64,000 nucleotides of DNA, taken from the IMG/VR virus record IMGVR_UViG_3300031857_000027; one strand, 5' to 3'. A program made the translations under genes and the position numbers. The notes beneath the pieces are model-generated. The model saw only the letters and a program-made list of their open reading frames with translations. It was not told the origin of the DNA and did not search any database. This DNA comes from a virus. Of this stretch, positions 9,137-18,328 are shown piece by piece (positions within the stretch are counted from its first letter, which is position 1; each line of letters opens with the position of its first letter).

Positions 9137-9670
9137 CTAAAAGATAATATCTGCTATACCATATTCTACCAGGTCTTCTGCGGTCAGCCAAACATCAGTT
9201 GGTCGTAGAAACTTGGATTTTACATCTTTGACCGACAGTTTAGAACAGTCGGAAAGAATCTTTGCCATTTTGTGATGATACCTATCACACTCTTTGGCAT
9301 AAGCCCGCATATCATGATACTTGCCACCCATTTCATCGTTGAATTGGTGAATCATGATTGTCGTGTTTTTGCCTACAGCACGATAACCTTTTTCACCAGC
9401 AGCAAATATTACAAATGCAGCACTCATTAGATTACCATACGCTAGTGTGCGAACGGGCATGCCCACACCCAACATTAAGTCGGCAAGGCCTATTGCATCA
9501 CCCAGATTGCCGCCCTCAGAGTTGATGTTCAAGGTCAGTGGCTTTTCAATCTTGTTGAACTTGGCATATAGCAACCAGCGTGATGCCGACTCAATAACTG
9601 CTGGCTCAATGCTACCAGACAAAAAATGAGTATAGTGTTCAAATTGTATTTCGTTCTCTTTGTCGCTCAT
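9137..9670 (-). CDS. clpP: ClpP-like protease
   Basis: INSEGG, catalytic Ser (MSAA), IMIHQ, DVWLTAEDLVEYGIAD. Confidence 0.85.
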   Translation of the reverse strand: MSDKENEIQFEHYTHFLSGSIEPAVIESASRWLLYAKFNKIEKPLTLNINSEGGNLGDAIGLADLMLGVGMPVRTLAYGNLMSAAFVIFAAGEKGYRAVGKNTTIMIHQFNDEMGGKYHDMRAYAKECDRYHHKMAKILSDCSKLSVKDVKSKFLRPTDVWLTAEDLVEYGIADIIF

Positions 9671-10601
9671 ACCAATTATACGCCGTTCTCAAAATGGATT
9701 TTAAATCATGCTTGGGTTTGAAATTAAGATGATGTTTGGCGGCATCAGAGTTGGCGACTAACCTTCGTGGGTCACCTTCTCTTCGTTTACCGATTGTGTA
9801 TTGAATTGGAACGCCTAGTTCCTGTTTAGCAGCATCAATCACTTGTAGTACAGTATAGCCTTTACCAGTGCCTAGATTGAATAGGCTAGGTTGATTGTTT
9901 CCTTTTTTCTGTAAATATTCATCAGCCAACAAATGTGCTTCAGCAACATCACACACATGAACGTAGTCACGAATGCATGTGCCATCTACCGTTTGATAAT
10001 CATTTCCATATACGATGAACTTTTCGTTATTTAGACTTTTGAACATTAGCGGAATCAAATGTGTTTCTGGATGATGGTCTTCACCCATCTCACAGTCAGG
10101 ATCAGCACCAGCCAAATTAAAGAAACGAAAAATAATAGAATTCACTTTTGCATCACGAATCGCACACTCAGCAGCATACTTGCTGTTGGCATACGGATTG
10201 TTGTTATCTATTTCCGATTTCTCAGAGAGGCTGGTAAACTGAGAACGATAAACGCCGGCAGTAGAAGAATAAACAATATTACTAACATCAAATTTTCTCA
10301 TTATGTTAAGTAGGTTGCATGTGCCACCCACATTGATGTCCCAAAACTCTTCGGGATATAAAACCGATTCACCAACTTCAATGCGGCCTGCCAGATGAAA
10401 CACCACATCAATCTGATATTGATTGAACGGCTTTTCCAAGGTAGATTGACGAACATCGCCGATAAACGCATCGTTCCAATAGACCATATTGCGTGGCGAT
10501 TTTATATCAAAGCAGACTGTAGTGTAGCCTGCTTTTTTCAGTGCTTTTGCCAAATGACTTCCGAGATAACCTGCACCACCAGTTACCAATGCTGTTCTCA
10601 T
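9639..10601 (-). CDS. galE: UDP-glucose 4-epimerase
   Basis: TGGAGYLGSH, YANSK, DGTCIRDYVHV, RREGD. Confidence 0.9.
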   Translation of the reverse strand: MRTALVTGGAGYLGSHLAKALKKAGYTTVCFDIKSPRNMVYWNDAFIGDVRQSTLEKPFNQYQIDVVFHLAGRIEVGESVLYPEEFWDINVGGTCNLLNIMRKFDVSNIVYSSTAGVYRSQFTSLSEKSEIDNNNPYANSKYAAECAIRDAKVNSIIFRFFNLAGADPDCEMGEDHHPETHLIPLMFKSLNNEKFIVYGNDYQTVDGTCIRDYVHVCDVAEAHLLADEYLQKKGNNQPSLFNLGTGKGYTVLQVIDAAKQELGVPIQYTIGKRREGDPRRLVANSDAAKHHLNFKPKHDLKSILRTAYNWYERQRERNTI

Positions 10602-11089
10602 CTATCTCTTTCAGAAAGAATAGGGTTTTTGATTGGCCAATAAATGTTGAAACGATCATCATTCCACTTTACCGTATACTGTGAAGCACGGTCATAGTAT
10701 TGGTCAAGTTTATAACTGAATACACATTGCTCAGACATTACCAAATGTGCGTTACCGTGTTTTGGTGGTAACAACACTTGATAACCATTGCGGTCTGATA
10801 GTGTAAACTCTTGCCATTGACCATATTGATCAGAATCTTCATCAAGATTAATTACGATTTGATAGATTGTACCATGTAAGCAAGAAACTAATTTTGTTGT
10901 TCTATCATCACCATGAATGCCACGCAGAGTGTGTCGGCGTGAGGTAGAAATACTGTCAAGAATAAAGTTCACACCCAACTGTGCATAATTATCTTTGTGC
11001 CATGCTTCAATGTTTGTGCCACGATAATCTTCATGTACCGTTGGCTTGATAAGTTTAACGCCTTTAAGATTTGTATCTTCAATTATCAT
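10598..11089 (-). CDS. rmlC: dTDP-4-dehydrorhamnose 3,5-epimerase family
   Basis: HEDYRG, LRGIH, KLVSCLHG, KWND..IYWP..ILSERD. Confidence 0.85.
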   Translation of the reverse strand: MIIEDTNLKGVKLIKPTVHEDYRGTNIEAWHKDNYAQLGVNFILDSISTSRRHTLRGIHGDDRTTKLVSCLHGTIYQIVINLDEDSDQYGQWQEFTLSDRNGYQVLLPPKHGNAHLVMSEQCVFSYKLDQYYDRASQYTVKWNDDRFNIYWPIKNPILSERDR

Positions 11090-11264
11090 TCATCTTTCCC
11101 CATTCAACTTTTAGCCACACTCTTTCGTGAATGTAATGTGCAATTGTCATAAAAATGTTAATTATGATTGCACCAGACAGTCCTGTAAATGCTGCCGTGA
11201 CTAACGTAGCAATAATTCTCCATACGACCGCTCTTGCTATCGTTCTTTTATGTGTTTCTGACAT
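11079..11264 (-). CDS. DUF2061-like membrane protein
   Basis: RTIARAVVWRIIAT...HERVW. Confidence 0.65.
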   Translation of the reverse strand: MSETHKRTIARAVVWRIIATLVTAAFTGLSGAIIINIFMTIAHYIHERVWLKVEWGKMNDN

Positions 11265-12019
11265 TAGCCACTCACAATCGTTATTCCAGGTCCCACAATG
11301 TATTCCTCTTTGAATTGCTGCTTCCAGGGAAAGCCATCAGGATATTGTTTCTCGTTTTCTGCATTACCTTTTTCAAAGAACTCGGCATTGACTGAGTTTG
11401 GATTACCATCTAAACGATAGCACAAAGAATATTCCCTTGAGCATGAATAGTTTGGAAAGTATTGTTTTAGTGCATTGAAGAATTGTCTATCTGCACCCCA
11501 TTGACCATACCATGCTTGACCAATTTTTCGTGCAATGTCTGCTTTCACCATAAACGATGAGGTGTCAATGTGAAATGCATCTTTGTTGAAATAAATTGGC
11601 CATTGACCTAACGATTCGCAATTGTCTTCAGCAACAAAATTACCTTCTTTGTCAACTATCTTTCTGAGTGAGTATGCCCAATCAACACCCTTTTTGATTC
11701 TCTCAACAAGTTTCTCAACATGATTAGGCTCAAACCAATTGTCCTCGTCAAGGTAACATATAACATCAGCATTGACAAGATAACCACATGCAGCATATAC
11801 ACGATGACCGTACCAACCCTTGCCAATGTTTTCTTGCAAACGGATTGTTTTGACTTTTGATGGGACTTGAAGTTGATTCCAGATTTTGTCGCCATGCTCT
11901 TCCTCACCATCAAGAACGATATAATGTGTCACATCATCATATGTTTGTGCTTCAACAGATTCAATACACTGTCTAAGTGTTTTTGCGCCGATTGTTGGTG
12001 TTACGACTGCTACTTTCAT
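11264..12019 (-). CDS. GT2 glycosyltransferase
   Basis: VAVVTPT, CIESVEAQTY, LDEDN DxD motif. Confidence 0.85.
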   Translation of the reverse strand: MKVAVVTPTIGAKTLRQCIESVEAQTYDDVTHYIVLDGEEEHGDKIWNQLQVPSKVKTIRLQENIGKGWYGHRVYAACGYLVNADVICYLDEDNWFEPNHVEKLVERIKKGVDWAYSLRKIVDKEGNFVAEDNCESLGQWPIYFNKDAFHIDTSSFMVKADIARKIGQAWYGQWGADRQFFNALKQYFPNYSCSREYSLCYRLDGNPNSVNAEFFEKGNAENEKQYPDGFPWKQQFKEEYIVGPGITIVSG

Positions 12020-12119
12020 TTTTCACCTTTTTACCAAAAATTGCATTCCAGTTTTGTTCAAATTTTTCACGTGGTATTTCAATTGGTCTGGGCTTAGAAC
12101 CTTTTCCGCCGTCACTCAT
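11973..12119 (-). CDS. Small conserved phage protein (MSDGGKGSKPRP...NWNAIF)
   Basis: Translated by eye; AGGAG RBS. Confidence 0.5.
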   Translation of the reverse strand: MSDGGKGSKPRPIEIPREKFEQNWNAIFGKKVKNESSSRNTNNRRKNT

Positions 12120-12552
12120 TCCAACTCCTTAGTAACCAAGAAGAAGAGTTCTTTTTATTGCTGCCACCTACACCATACACAAAGTTGATATTTGGTACAC
12201 TTGCTTCCGCATTATTAGTTTCGTTGCGGTCACCACCATTTGCAAACCAGATTGAATAGTTTGATAAAATCGGAAGTGTTTGATTGAAATGATTTCTTAC
12301 ACGATAAAGTAACTCACATGCGGTGTCATCAGAATCATCAAACTCCCACACTTCGTCAACCCAACGAATTGATTCAAGTATGGCTTTGCGTTCGTGAATA
12401 TTCATGAATGGCTTACCCTTCTTACGTGTGAGCCATGCATCAGAGTTTACACCTACGATAAGTTTGTCACCCATGCCCGATGCTTCACGCAACAAGGCAA
12501 GATGACCCGAATGGATGGGATCAAATCCACCAGAGACAACGACTATTTTCAT
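12112..12552 (-). CDS. Cytidylyltransferase (TagD/RfaE-like)
   Basis: SGGFDPIHSGH, GVNSD, NGGDR, KKNSSS. Confidence 0.85.
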   Translation of the reverse strand: MKIVVVSGGFDPIHSGHLALLREASGMGDKLIVGVNSDAWLTRKKGKPFMNIHERKAILESIRWVDEVWEFDDSDDTACELLYRVRNHFNQTLPILSNYSIWFANGGDRNETNNAEASVPNINFVYGVGGSNKKNSSSWLLRSWNE

Positions 12553-12980
12553 ATTGCTAAATCAGGAAATGCTTCTTTAACCAAATTGGCGGTAAGTTGT
12601 TTTACTTTGAATCTTTTTTGTAGAACATCAAGAATGATGGCAGCCTCATCTTTATGTAAAGATTCTATCATAACTAAAAGTTGTTGTGTAGTCTTTTCTG
12701 CGGTAAATCCTTCTGGTCGCATAGGATGATCCTTGATGAACCGATACATTTTCGGCATCTGTGTGTCCAGATAAGCATAGTTCAAACCAGCGGGTTCTTT
12801 TGCTGGTCGATACCGATCAGGCAGCGCAATATCAAACTCTATGGCAGGATTGAATACTAATTGGAGAAAGAAACGAAAACGTTCATCGCCTTCACTGCGT
12901 AAAAAGTTTATTCGTTCTTGTTTGGTTGTTAATTTTTCGAACTCCTCAAATATTTCGGAGTATAGCTTTTCAGAACTCAT
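12549..12980 (-). CDS. Conserved T4-like hypothetical protein
   Basis: ESLHKDEA...LVKEAFP motif; lies next to rnh. Confidence 0.6.
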   Translation of the reverse strand: MSSEKLYSEIFEEFEKLTTKQERINFLRSEGDERFRFFLQLVFNPAIEFDIALPDRYRPAKEPAGLNYAYLDTQMPKMYRFIKDHPMRPEGFTAEKTTQQLLVMIESLHKDEAAIILDVLQKRFKVKQLTANLVKEAFPDLAI

Positions 12981-13818
12981 CAATAACCTCAATTAGATTT
13001 TTAAGTTTGTTTGCAATCATGTAATTCATAAAATGCTGTTTGGTGTGACCAGCAGCACTTTCATATGTATCTATAATACTTTTCTGAAGCGGTTCTGGTA
13101 CTTTGGTCAAATCAATCATCATTTCGTTGCGCTTGTAATTACGCAACATTTCACCTTCACAGAATTCTTCTGGCGACTGATTCAACCAATTAATAATCTT
13201 GGCTTCAGTAATTGGCTTTTGTCGCACACCATTTACAATGCTATCATCAGCAGATAGAATGTTAGGTATACCATCACCTTTATCACCACGAATAATCATC
13301 TGTTTCAATTGCACCGCCGGCAGAGGTTCTTTGATGAACTTCTTCAGTATCGGCGAATACTGTTCAACATTGTCAAACTTTTGCAACTGTGCAAAGTCTT
13401 TGTCGGAAGATAAAATCATCACCTTCTGGTGTGCAGAATATCGTATCGTCAGTGTGGCGATAATGTCATCAGCCTCAGCAGTATCAACATCAACGACCTT
13501 ATATGGAGAATGTTCATTTAGTTCTTCTTTGATTTTGTGCAAGCACTCAAAGATAGAATTCCAGTCGTGACCAGAAGCATCACGTGTTTTCTTGCGACCC
13601 GCTTTGTACTGCGGAAAAAATTCACGGCGCCAGTAATTGCGATTGTCACAAGCAATCACGACTTCTGGTCCGTGTGTAGACTTGAACTTTTTGACATATG
13701 TACGAATCACGTTCAATATCATATGTCGTACCAATGCCTCTTCAACCGGCTTTTTAGATGAGCCGATTTGTTCCATCAATGAAGAGATGGCTACTTGATT
13801 GTAGTCAAAGATTATCAT
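12970..13818 (-). CDS. rnh: T4-type RNase H (5'-3' exonuclease)
   Basis: DYNQ, YWRREFFPQYKA.RK, EADDII, SSDKDFAQL, GDKGDGIPN. Confidence 0.92.
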   Translation of the reverse strand: MIIFDYNQVAISSLMEQIGSSKKPVEEALVRHMILNVIRTYVKKFKSTHGPEVVIACDNRNYWRREFFPQYKAGRKKTRDASGHDWNSIFECLHKIKEELNEHSPYKVVDVDTAEADDIIATLTIRYSAHQKVMILSSDKDFAQLQKFDNVEQYSPILKKFIKEPLPAVQLKQMIIRGDKGDGIPNILSADDSIVNGVRQKPITEAKIINWLNQSPEEFCEGEMLRNYKRNEMMIDLTKVPEPLQKSIIDTYESAAGHTKQHFMNYMIANKLKNLIEVIDEF

Positions 13819-13912
13819 TTTACATGTTGTCCTAGAATAATGCCTTTAATTAAAAACAAAAAGGCAGCCCGCAAGTGGAATTTAAACTTGCGGTAGTAAT
13901 AGCCACGCATTG

Positions 13913-14980
13913 TCATTTTACAGTTCTCAGTAATATTGTATCAGTATTGATTCGTCCTGTCAATGCACTTTCAACGGCACGAATATCATTTAACACACTA
14001 CGCAACGCAACTTTACCGCCTTTCAACACTTCAGGTATTGTCACTTCTGGTTTGCGTAACTTTTTGCTTACCGATTTACTCTCGGCAAAGTTTTGTATCG
14101 TAGAGCCTTTTACATTTAAACCAGCAGCATCAGCGGCTTGATACACACCAAGTTTTCGTGTTTTCGTATTGTATACCCACAACGATGATGCGCCAATGAT
14201 TGTCTTAGGATCAATTGATACAAGTTTTAATTCGGCAAAATCTTTTGCATAGTTCATCTTGGCAATCAACTGATCCGCCGACTTTGCTTTGCGCTTTCTT
14301 GGCTTGCGTGTTTTGACCGCTTCACCAGCCAGTTTCATACCGTCAACAATTACTTGGTCACAGTATGATATCAACTTTTTAAGTTGTGTTTTTGTAAAGT
14401 TAGAATATGCTTCTTTGATATCACCGTCATCTGTTGTCAAAGCAACATCATACTCAGCACGGCGTGTTTTAAAATGATCAATTATAAATTTTGTATGAGC
14501 GCCTTTAGCATCCATACCTGTCATTGTTGCATAAGGTGAAACATTTGCTTTGAACTCAGATATTATCAATTCGTCAATCTGACCCTCTAGTTCACCGATA
14601 CAATCACTTGCTTTTCTTTTAATATGATCCTGAATTGAGACAACGGTAGCAGTTGCTTGTTTGACAACAGGAGTTTCTTCTTGCAACTTCTTGATTATGT
14701 CATTGAACCACGTATTGTTGGATTCGTTCAGGACGCCTCCTAGGTTCACAATACGACAAACGAAGCCGAATGTACTCGGCTGAGATTTTAAGCCGTCCGG
14801 CGCTTGGATTTTGAGTTTCTTTTTGAAGTATTCGGTAGCGTATTTTATTGCATCTTTGCTATCACGATTTTGAGCATACCAACTCAAGGCCTGAGTTAGT
14901 TGCGTTTGTGACAACTCACCCACAAACTTGGGTTCTTTGTTATTTGATAAGATTGCTTTAATGTCAATTGACCTGTTCAT
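13913..14980 (-). CDS. Conserved T4-like hypothetical protein
   Basis: LWVYNTKTRKL, KKLRKP, GRIN..ILLR; own sigma70 promoter. Confidence 0.7.
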   Translation of the reverse strand: MNRSIDIKAILSNNKEPKFVGELSQTQLTQALSWYAQNRDSKDAIKYATEYFKKKLKIQAPDGLKSQPSTFGFVCRIVNLGGVLNESNNTWFNDIIKKLQEETPVVKQATATVVSIQDHIKRKASDCIGELEGQIDELIISEFKANVSPYATMTGMDAKGAHTKFIIDHFKTRRAEYDVALTTDDGDIKEAYSNFTKTQLKKLISYCDQVIVDGMKLAGEAVKTRKPRKRKAKSADQLIAKMNYAKDFAELKLVSIDPKTIIGASSLWVYNTKTRKLGVYQAADAAGLNVKGSTIQNFAESKSVSKKLRKPEVTIPEVLKGGKVALRSVLNDIRAVESALTGRINTDTILLRTVK

Positions 14981-15014
14981 AATGACCTCAGACCCTATTT
15001 ATTCATGAAACCAT

Positions 15015-15044
15015 AGTATAGCATAAATAGTCTGTGATTGTCAA
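15015..15044 (-). promoter_or_regulatory. Sigma70 promoter overlapping a divergent late-type CATAAATA
   Basis: TTGACA-18-TATACT on the minus strand. Confidence 0.65.
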
Positions 15045-15101
15045 GATTGTCTTTTTTGAATCAAATTATGTTTCGCATAAGAAAGGGCACAAAACAGACA
15101 A

Positions 15102-15896
15102 ATGGATCCGTTTACACTTTTTGCTCTGGCAAATGGTGCAGTCCAAGCGGTAAAAAAAGGTTGTGAGTTATACAAAGAAATTGCTGGTGTTGCTGGTGAT
15201 GTAAAAGGTGTTCTATCGGATTTAGAGTCGCAATTCAATTCTCGTCATAAAGACAAGCCGCCCACTATTGCTGAAAAAAATCAGTACATAGAAGAAAAAA
15301 ACCGCATACTTGAATTAAGTAAGAAACAACCCAACGATATCTATACCCAGATAGGGGAAGAGTTGGGCGTTTACTTTGAAAACTACGCCAAGTGTTCTGC
15401 TATCTTTGAAGAAGAAGAAAAGCATTCTCAAGAAGTGTATACGGGAGAAACAAGTTTAGGTAAAAGAGCATTACAACGTGTTCTGATGCAAAGTCGTTTA
15501 ACTGCGATGGAAGCAGAACTTCGTGAACTTATGGTTTACAACTGTCCTCCAGAATTAGGTGATCTGTATACCCGTGTGTATGCAATGATGGAGAAAATGA
15601 AGAAAGAGCAGTCAATTGCATGGACAAAAAAAAGACAAGCCGATAGAATTGCTGCAACCAAAAAAGCAAAGAGACTTCAAAAAATAAGATGTGAGGCTTG
15701 GAAATATGGCATTGCAACAGTTTTCATTCTTTATTTGTTTTTATTAGTATGGTCAGTATTACAAATACGTATCATGGAAAAACCCGAACTTGGTAGTTGT
15801 CTTCTACCAAAAGGTCAATGGCCATACCAATACTATAGCAATTTAAAATGGGTTGACTGTGAAATTCCTGGCTATGAAGGCAATGCTAAAAATTGA
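15102..15896 (+). CDS. Hypothetical coiled-coil protein with C-terminal TM segment
   Basis: 264-aa plus-strand ORF, MDPFTLFALA start. Confidence 0.7.
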   Translation: MDPFTLFALANGAVQAVKKGCELYKEIAGVAGDVKGVLSDLESQFNSRHKDKPPTIAEKNQYIEEKNRILELSKKQPNDIYTQIGEELGVYFENYAKCSAIFEEEEKHSQEVYTGETSLGKRALQRVLMQSRLTAMEAELRELMVYNCPPELGDLYTRVYAMMEKMKKEQSIAWTKKRQADRIAATKKAKRLQKIRCEAWKYGIATVFILYLFLLVWSVLQIRIMEKPELGSCLLPKGQWPYQYYSNLKWVDCEIPGYEGNAKN

Positions 15897-16071
15897 GTTT
15901 TTAGACAATGAACTTTTTTACTATGTTTTCACAAACGTAGGTAATAATTTAATTCTTGTCACACGTGATGGTATGTTAGCCACTCAAGTGAATGCTGCAT
16001 TGAAAAATAAAAGAAATGATGCCGATTACAGATTGGCGCTGATGAACAAAAAAGGAAAAGCGGCTTGGTAG
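15883..16071 (+). CDS. Hypothetical protein
   Basis: Coupled to the previous ORF; ends in the terminator. Confidence 0.4.
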   Translation: MLKIEFLDNELFYYVFTNVGNNLILVTRDGMLATQVNAALKNKRNDADYRLALMNKKGKAAW

Positions 16072-16082
16072 CCGCTTTTTTT
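16056..16082. terminator. Bidirectional rho-independent terminator
   Basis: AAAAGCGGCT-TGGT-AGCCGCTTTTTT between convergent genes. Confidence 0.85.
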
Positions 16083-16087
16083 ACTGA

Positions 16088-16162
16088 TTAACGATTTGCG
16101 ATGTACATTGTGATTTCGAAACCAAAACGCATATCATTTGCTGTAGGTGTAGTCCATGCCAT
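16088..16162 (-). CDS. pqqA: Pyrroloquinoline quinone precursor peptide
   Basis: MAWTTPTANDMRFGFEITMYIANR (24 aa) with the ExxxY motif; AGGAG RBS; followed by a terminator. Confidence 0.92.
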   Translation of the reverse strand: MAWTTPTANDMRFGFEITMYIANR

Positions 16163-16176
16163 GTTACTTCTCCTTA

Positions 16177-16605
16177 TTATTCTGAAAGATGTTTTTCTAA
16201 TGCTTTTGCATAACGATTGGCATGTGAACGTTCTGCTTTCGCAAGTGTTTCAAACCAATCGGCTACTTCATCAAAGCCTTCTTCACGTGCAGTCTTTGCC
16301 ATACCTGGATACATGTCAGAGTATTCGTGCGTTTCGCCAGCGATAGCGGCCTCTAACATTTGTCGTGCATTTTTTGCTGGCATGTTTGTGCCAGGTTCTC
16401 CTGCACCACCTTCAATGAGATATTCCATATGACCATGTGCGTGTCCAGTTTCACCTTCTGCTGTAGAACGGAACAATGATGCTAAATCGTTCTCACCTGC
16501 AATATCACACTGATTTGCGAAATAAAGATAACGGCGGTTTGCCATTGATTCACCTGCAAAAGCCTCTTTCAAGCACTCAGCAGTTTTTGTGCCTTTCAAA
16601 CTCAT
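16177..16605 (-). CDS. Rubrerythrin (short, ferritin-like)
   Basis: [40 protein letters not shown]. Confidence 0.92.
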   Translation of the reverse strand: MSLKGTKTAECLKEAFAGESMANRRYLYFANQCDIAGENDLASLFRSTAEGETGHAHGHMEYLIEGGAGEPGTNMPAKNARQMLEAAIAGETHEYSDMYPGMAKTAREEGFDEVADWFETLAKAERSHANRYAKALEKHLSE

Positions 16606-16646
16606 ATCAACTCCCTATAAAATAACTACGATTTATTTAAACAGTT

Positions 16647-16841
16647 TCACTTCTCTGGAGACTCAGTATTTTCTTGATTCTTATCTAATTTTTTCAGCGA
16701 CCACGAACCATTGCCGTTATCAATCCACTTCAGTGTGTCTCCTTCTGCCCAACCAACTTCGGCTAGCACTTCATCAGGAAATTCAATAAAGTAATCACCA
16801 TCTTCGTGTTGTTTTACTTCTAAGGTCCAAGATTTGTTCAT
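16647..16841 (-). CDS. AbrB/MazE/SpoVT-like small protein
   Basis: FIEFPDEVL..VGW.EGDTLKW. Confidence 0.65.
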   Translation of the reverse strand: MNKSWTLEVKQHEDGDYFIEFPDEVLAEVGWAEGDTLKWIDNGNGSWSLKKLDKNQENTESPEK

Positions 16842-16852
16842 AATATAAAATT

Positions 16853-16926
16853 TGGAGCGGGATGTCAGAATCGAACTGACAACGTAAGATTGGAAATCTC
16901 AAGTTTTACCATTAAACTAATCCCGC
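16853..16926 (-). tRNA. tRNA-Gly(TCC)
   Basis: Cloverleaf with encoded CCA. Confidence 0.9.
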
Positions 16927-16931
16927 ATAAA

Positions 16932-17228
16932 CTATTTGATGAGAATCTCTTTTCGTTCCACATCTTCACCATTTGGGTGATGATATGCGACATACCCATC
17001 TTTATCTTTGTATGTTACGCCTGCCCAATAATAATCTTTGTGTTTGAAGTAAGCGATACGTTCATCGGTGTATTCATTTACGTCAATTTTCAGATTACCG
17101 AGCCATTCTTGCCAATTGTCATCAGCATATTCAGAAATTTTGACGGCTTCTTCTTCGTTATCCGCCTCAATCACATAAACATTACGAAAAGCAGATAATT
17201 GCTCAACGATATACTTAGGCATCTTCAC
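16932..17228 (-). CDS. Hypothetical protein
   Basis: Coupled ORF. Confidence 0.6.
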   Translation of the reverse strand: MKMPKYIVEQLSAFRNVYVIEADNEEEAVKISEYADDNWQEWLGNLKIDVNEYTDERIAYFKHKDYYWAGVTYKDKDGYVAYHHPNGEDVERKEILIK

Positions 17229-17508
17229 TCTCCAATGAAAAATTCACTTGCTTGATTGAATCCCAACGAAAACTGCGCCAGCCTTCTTTTTCTAAATCAT
17301 AAACAGCAAGTGCTTCATCATTTTTTGTTTTTTCTGAACCTGCTGTTTCAGGAAGATAGTCTTCCATCAATGTGCATTTCATTGTACGTTCAGTTCCGTC
17401 TTTTTTCGTAAAAACGATTTCAACAGATCGTTCTTCAAGCAAACCAATCAGCCACTTGCGACCACGTTTTGCATCTTTACTGTTACCAGAAAAAACATTT
17501 GTATTCAT
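17215..17508 (-). CDS. SH3/WYL-like (DUF2693-type) protein
   Basis: FTKKDGTERTMKCTL...WRSFR. Confidence 0.75.
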   Translation of the reverse strand: MNTNVFSGNSKDAKRGRKWLIGLLEERSVEIVFTKKDGTERTMKCTLMEDYLPETAGSEKTKNDEALAVYDLEKEGWRSFRWDSIKQVNFSLESEDA

Positions 17509-17511
17509 AAT

Positions 17512-17946
17512 TTACTCCGTTAAAGATTTGAGTGCTTCGTTCACTTTTTGCTTAAATTTACCGTTTGTTATAAAATCAAGATACTCAACCCACCAATTTT
17601 CTGATGTTTCTGTCTTTTTAACAATGCAACCTGATATTCCTGAGCCAACAAGGTTTTTTATGTACACAATTGGGTCAGAAAGTATCGCTTCAAACGCATC
17701 ATCAAACTGTGGCATACCTTCTTCGTCTTCTTTAAAGAATGCCATATGATATTTGTAGCCCATTTCTGACTTTTCAATGGGTTTTGCCATTGTCCACTCT
17801 TCTTTGAAGTTGAAAAATGCTAATTTGTAGTTTTCATCGTAGTCATCATAGTCAGGAACAAAGTAAAAACCGTCAAACTTGACCATTTCGTCGCCAGAAA
17901 TTGTTCCGGACTCAATTTGTTGCACTTTTTCATCAGAAGATGGCAT
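17512..17946 (-). CDS. Hypothetical acidic protein
   Basis: ORF track; probable start MPSS. Confidence 0.55.
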   Translation of the reverse strand: MPSSDEKVQQIESGTISGDEMVKFDGFYFVPDYDDYDENYKLAFFNFKEEWTMAKPIEKSEMGYKYHMAFFKEDEEGMPQFDDAFEAILSDPIVYIKNLVGSGISGCIVKKTETSENWWVEYLDFITNGKFKQKVNEALKSLTE

Positions 17947-18091
17947 AAATTTTCCTAAAGTTTTGTTTTTCAACTGCTCGGTTATGAATTTTTGTCGCCG
18001 AATGCTCAACTTTCATGCGAAACTTCGGCGTGAACAAGTCTTTAGCAACAAAATTTCGTGGTTTTTGCAACTTTTGTGATTTTTTACTCAT
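17933..18091 (-). CDS. Small basic conserved phage protein
   Basis: PRNFVAKDLFTPKFRMKV; directly after a sigma70 promoter. Confidence 0.6.
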   Translation of the reverse strand: MSKKSQKLQKPRNFVAKDLFTPKFRMKVEHSATKIHNRAVEKQNFRKIYAIF

Positions 18092-18098
18092 AGGAAAC

Positions 18099-18127
18099 AG
18101 TATACTACAGAAAAATTTGCTTGTCAA
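18099..18127 (-). promoter_or_regulatory. Sigma70 promoter
   Basis: TTGACA-17-TATACT. Confidence 0.8.
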
Positions 18128-18128
18128 G

Positions 18129-18215
18129 TGGCGGAAGATAGAGGAATCGAACCTCTGCACCGTTTTCACAGTGACGGATTAGCAATCCGCTGCATTACCT
18201 CTCTGCCAATCTTCC
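18129..18215 (-). tRNA. tRNA-Ser(GCT)
   Basis: Type II cloverleaf, CCA. Confidence 0.9.
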
Positions 18216-18320
18216 TAAAATTACTGCCAACCCATAAAAAAGTGCCATAATTGCCGCCACGCTGATACCCATCAACACCCAATACATTAAAATTGTCAGT
18301 ATGATTTGTGTTATCAACAT
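18195..18320 (-). CDS. 41-aa hydrophobic peptide between the two tRNA-Ser genes
   Basis: AGGAGAT-ATG; MLITQIILTILMYWVLMGISVAAIMALFYGLAVILGRLAER. Confidence 0.5.
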   Translation of the reverse strand: MLITQIILTILMYWVLMGISVAAIMALFYGLAVILGRLAER

Positions 18321-18328
18321 ATCTCCTT

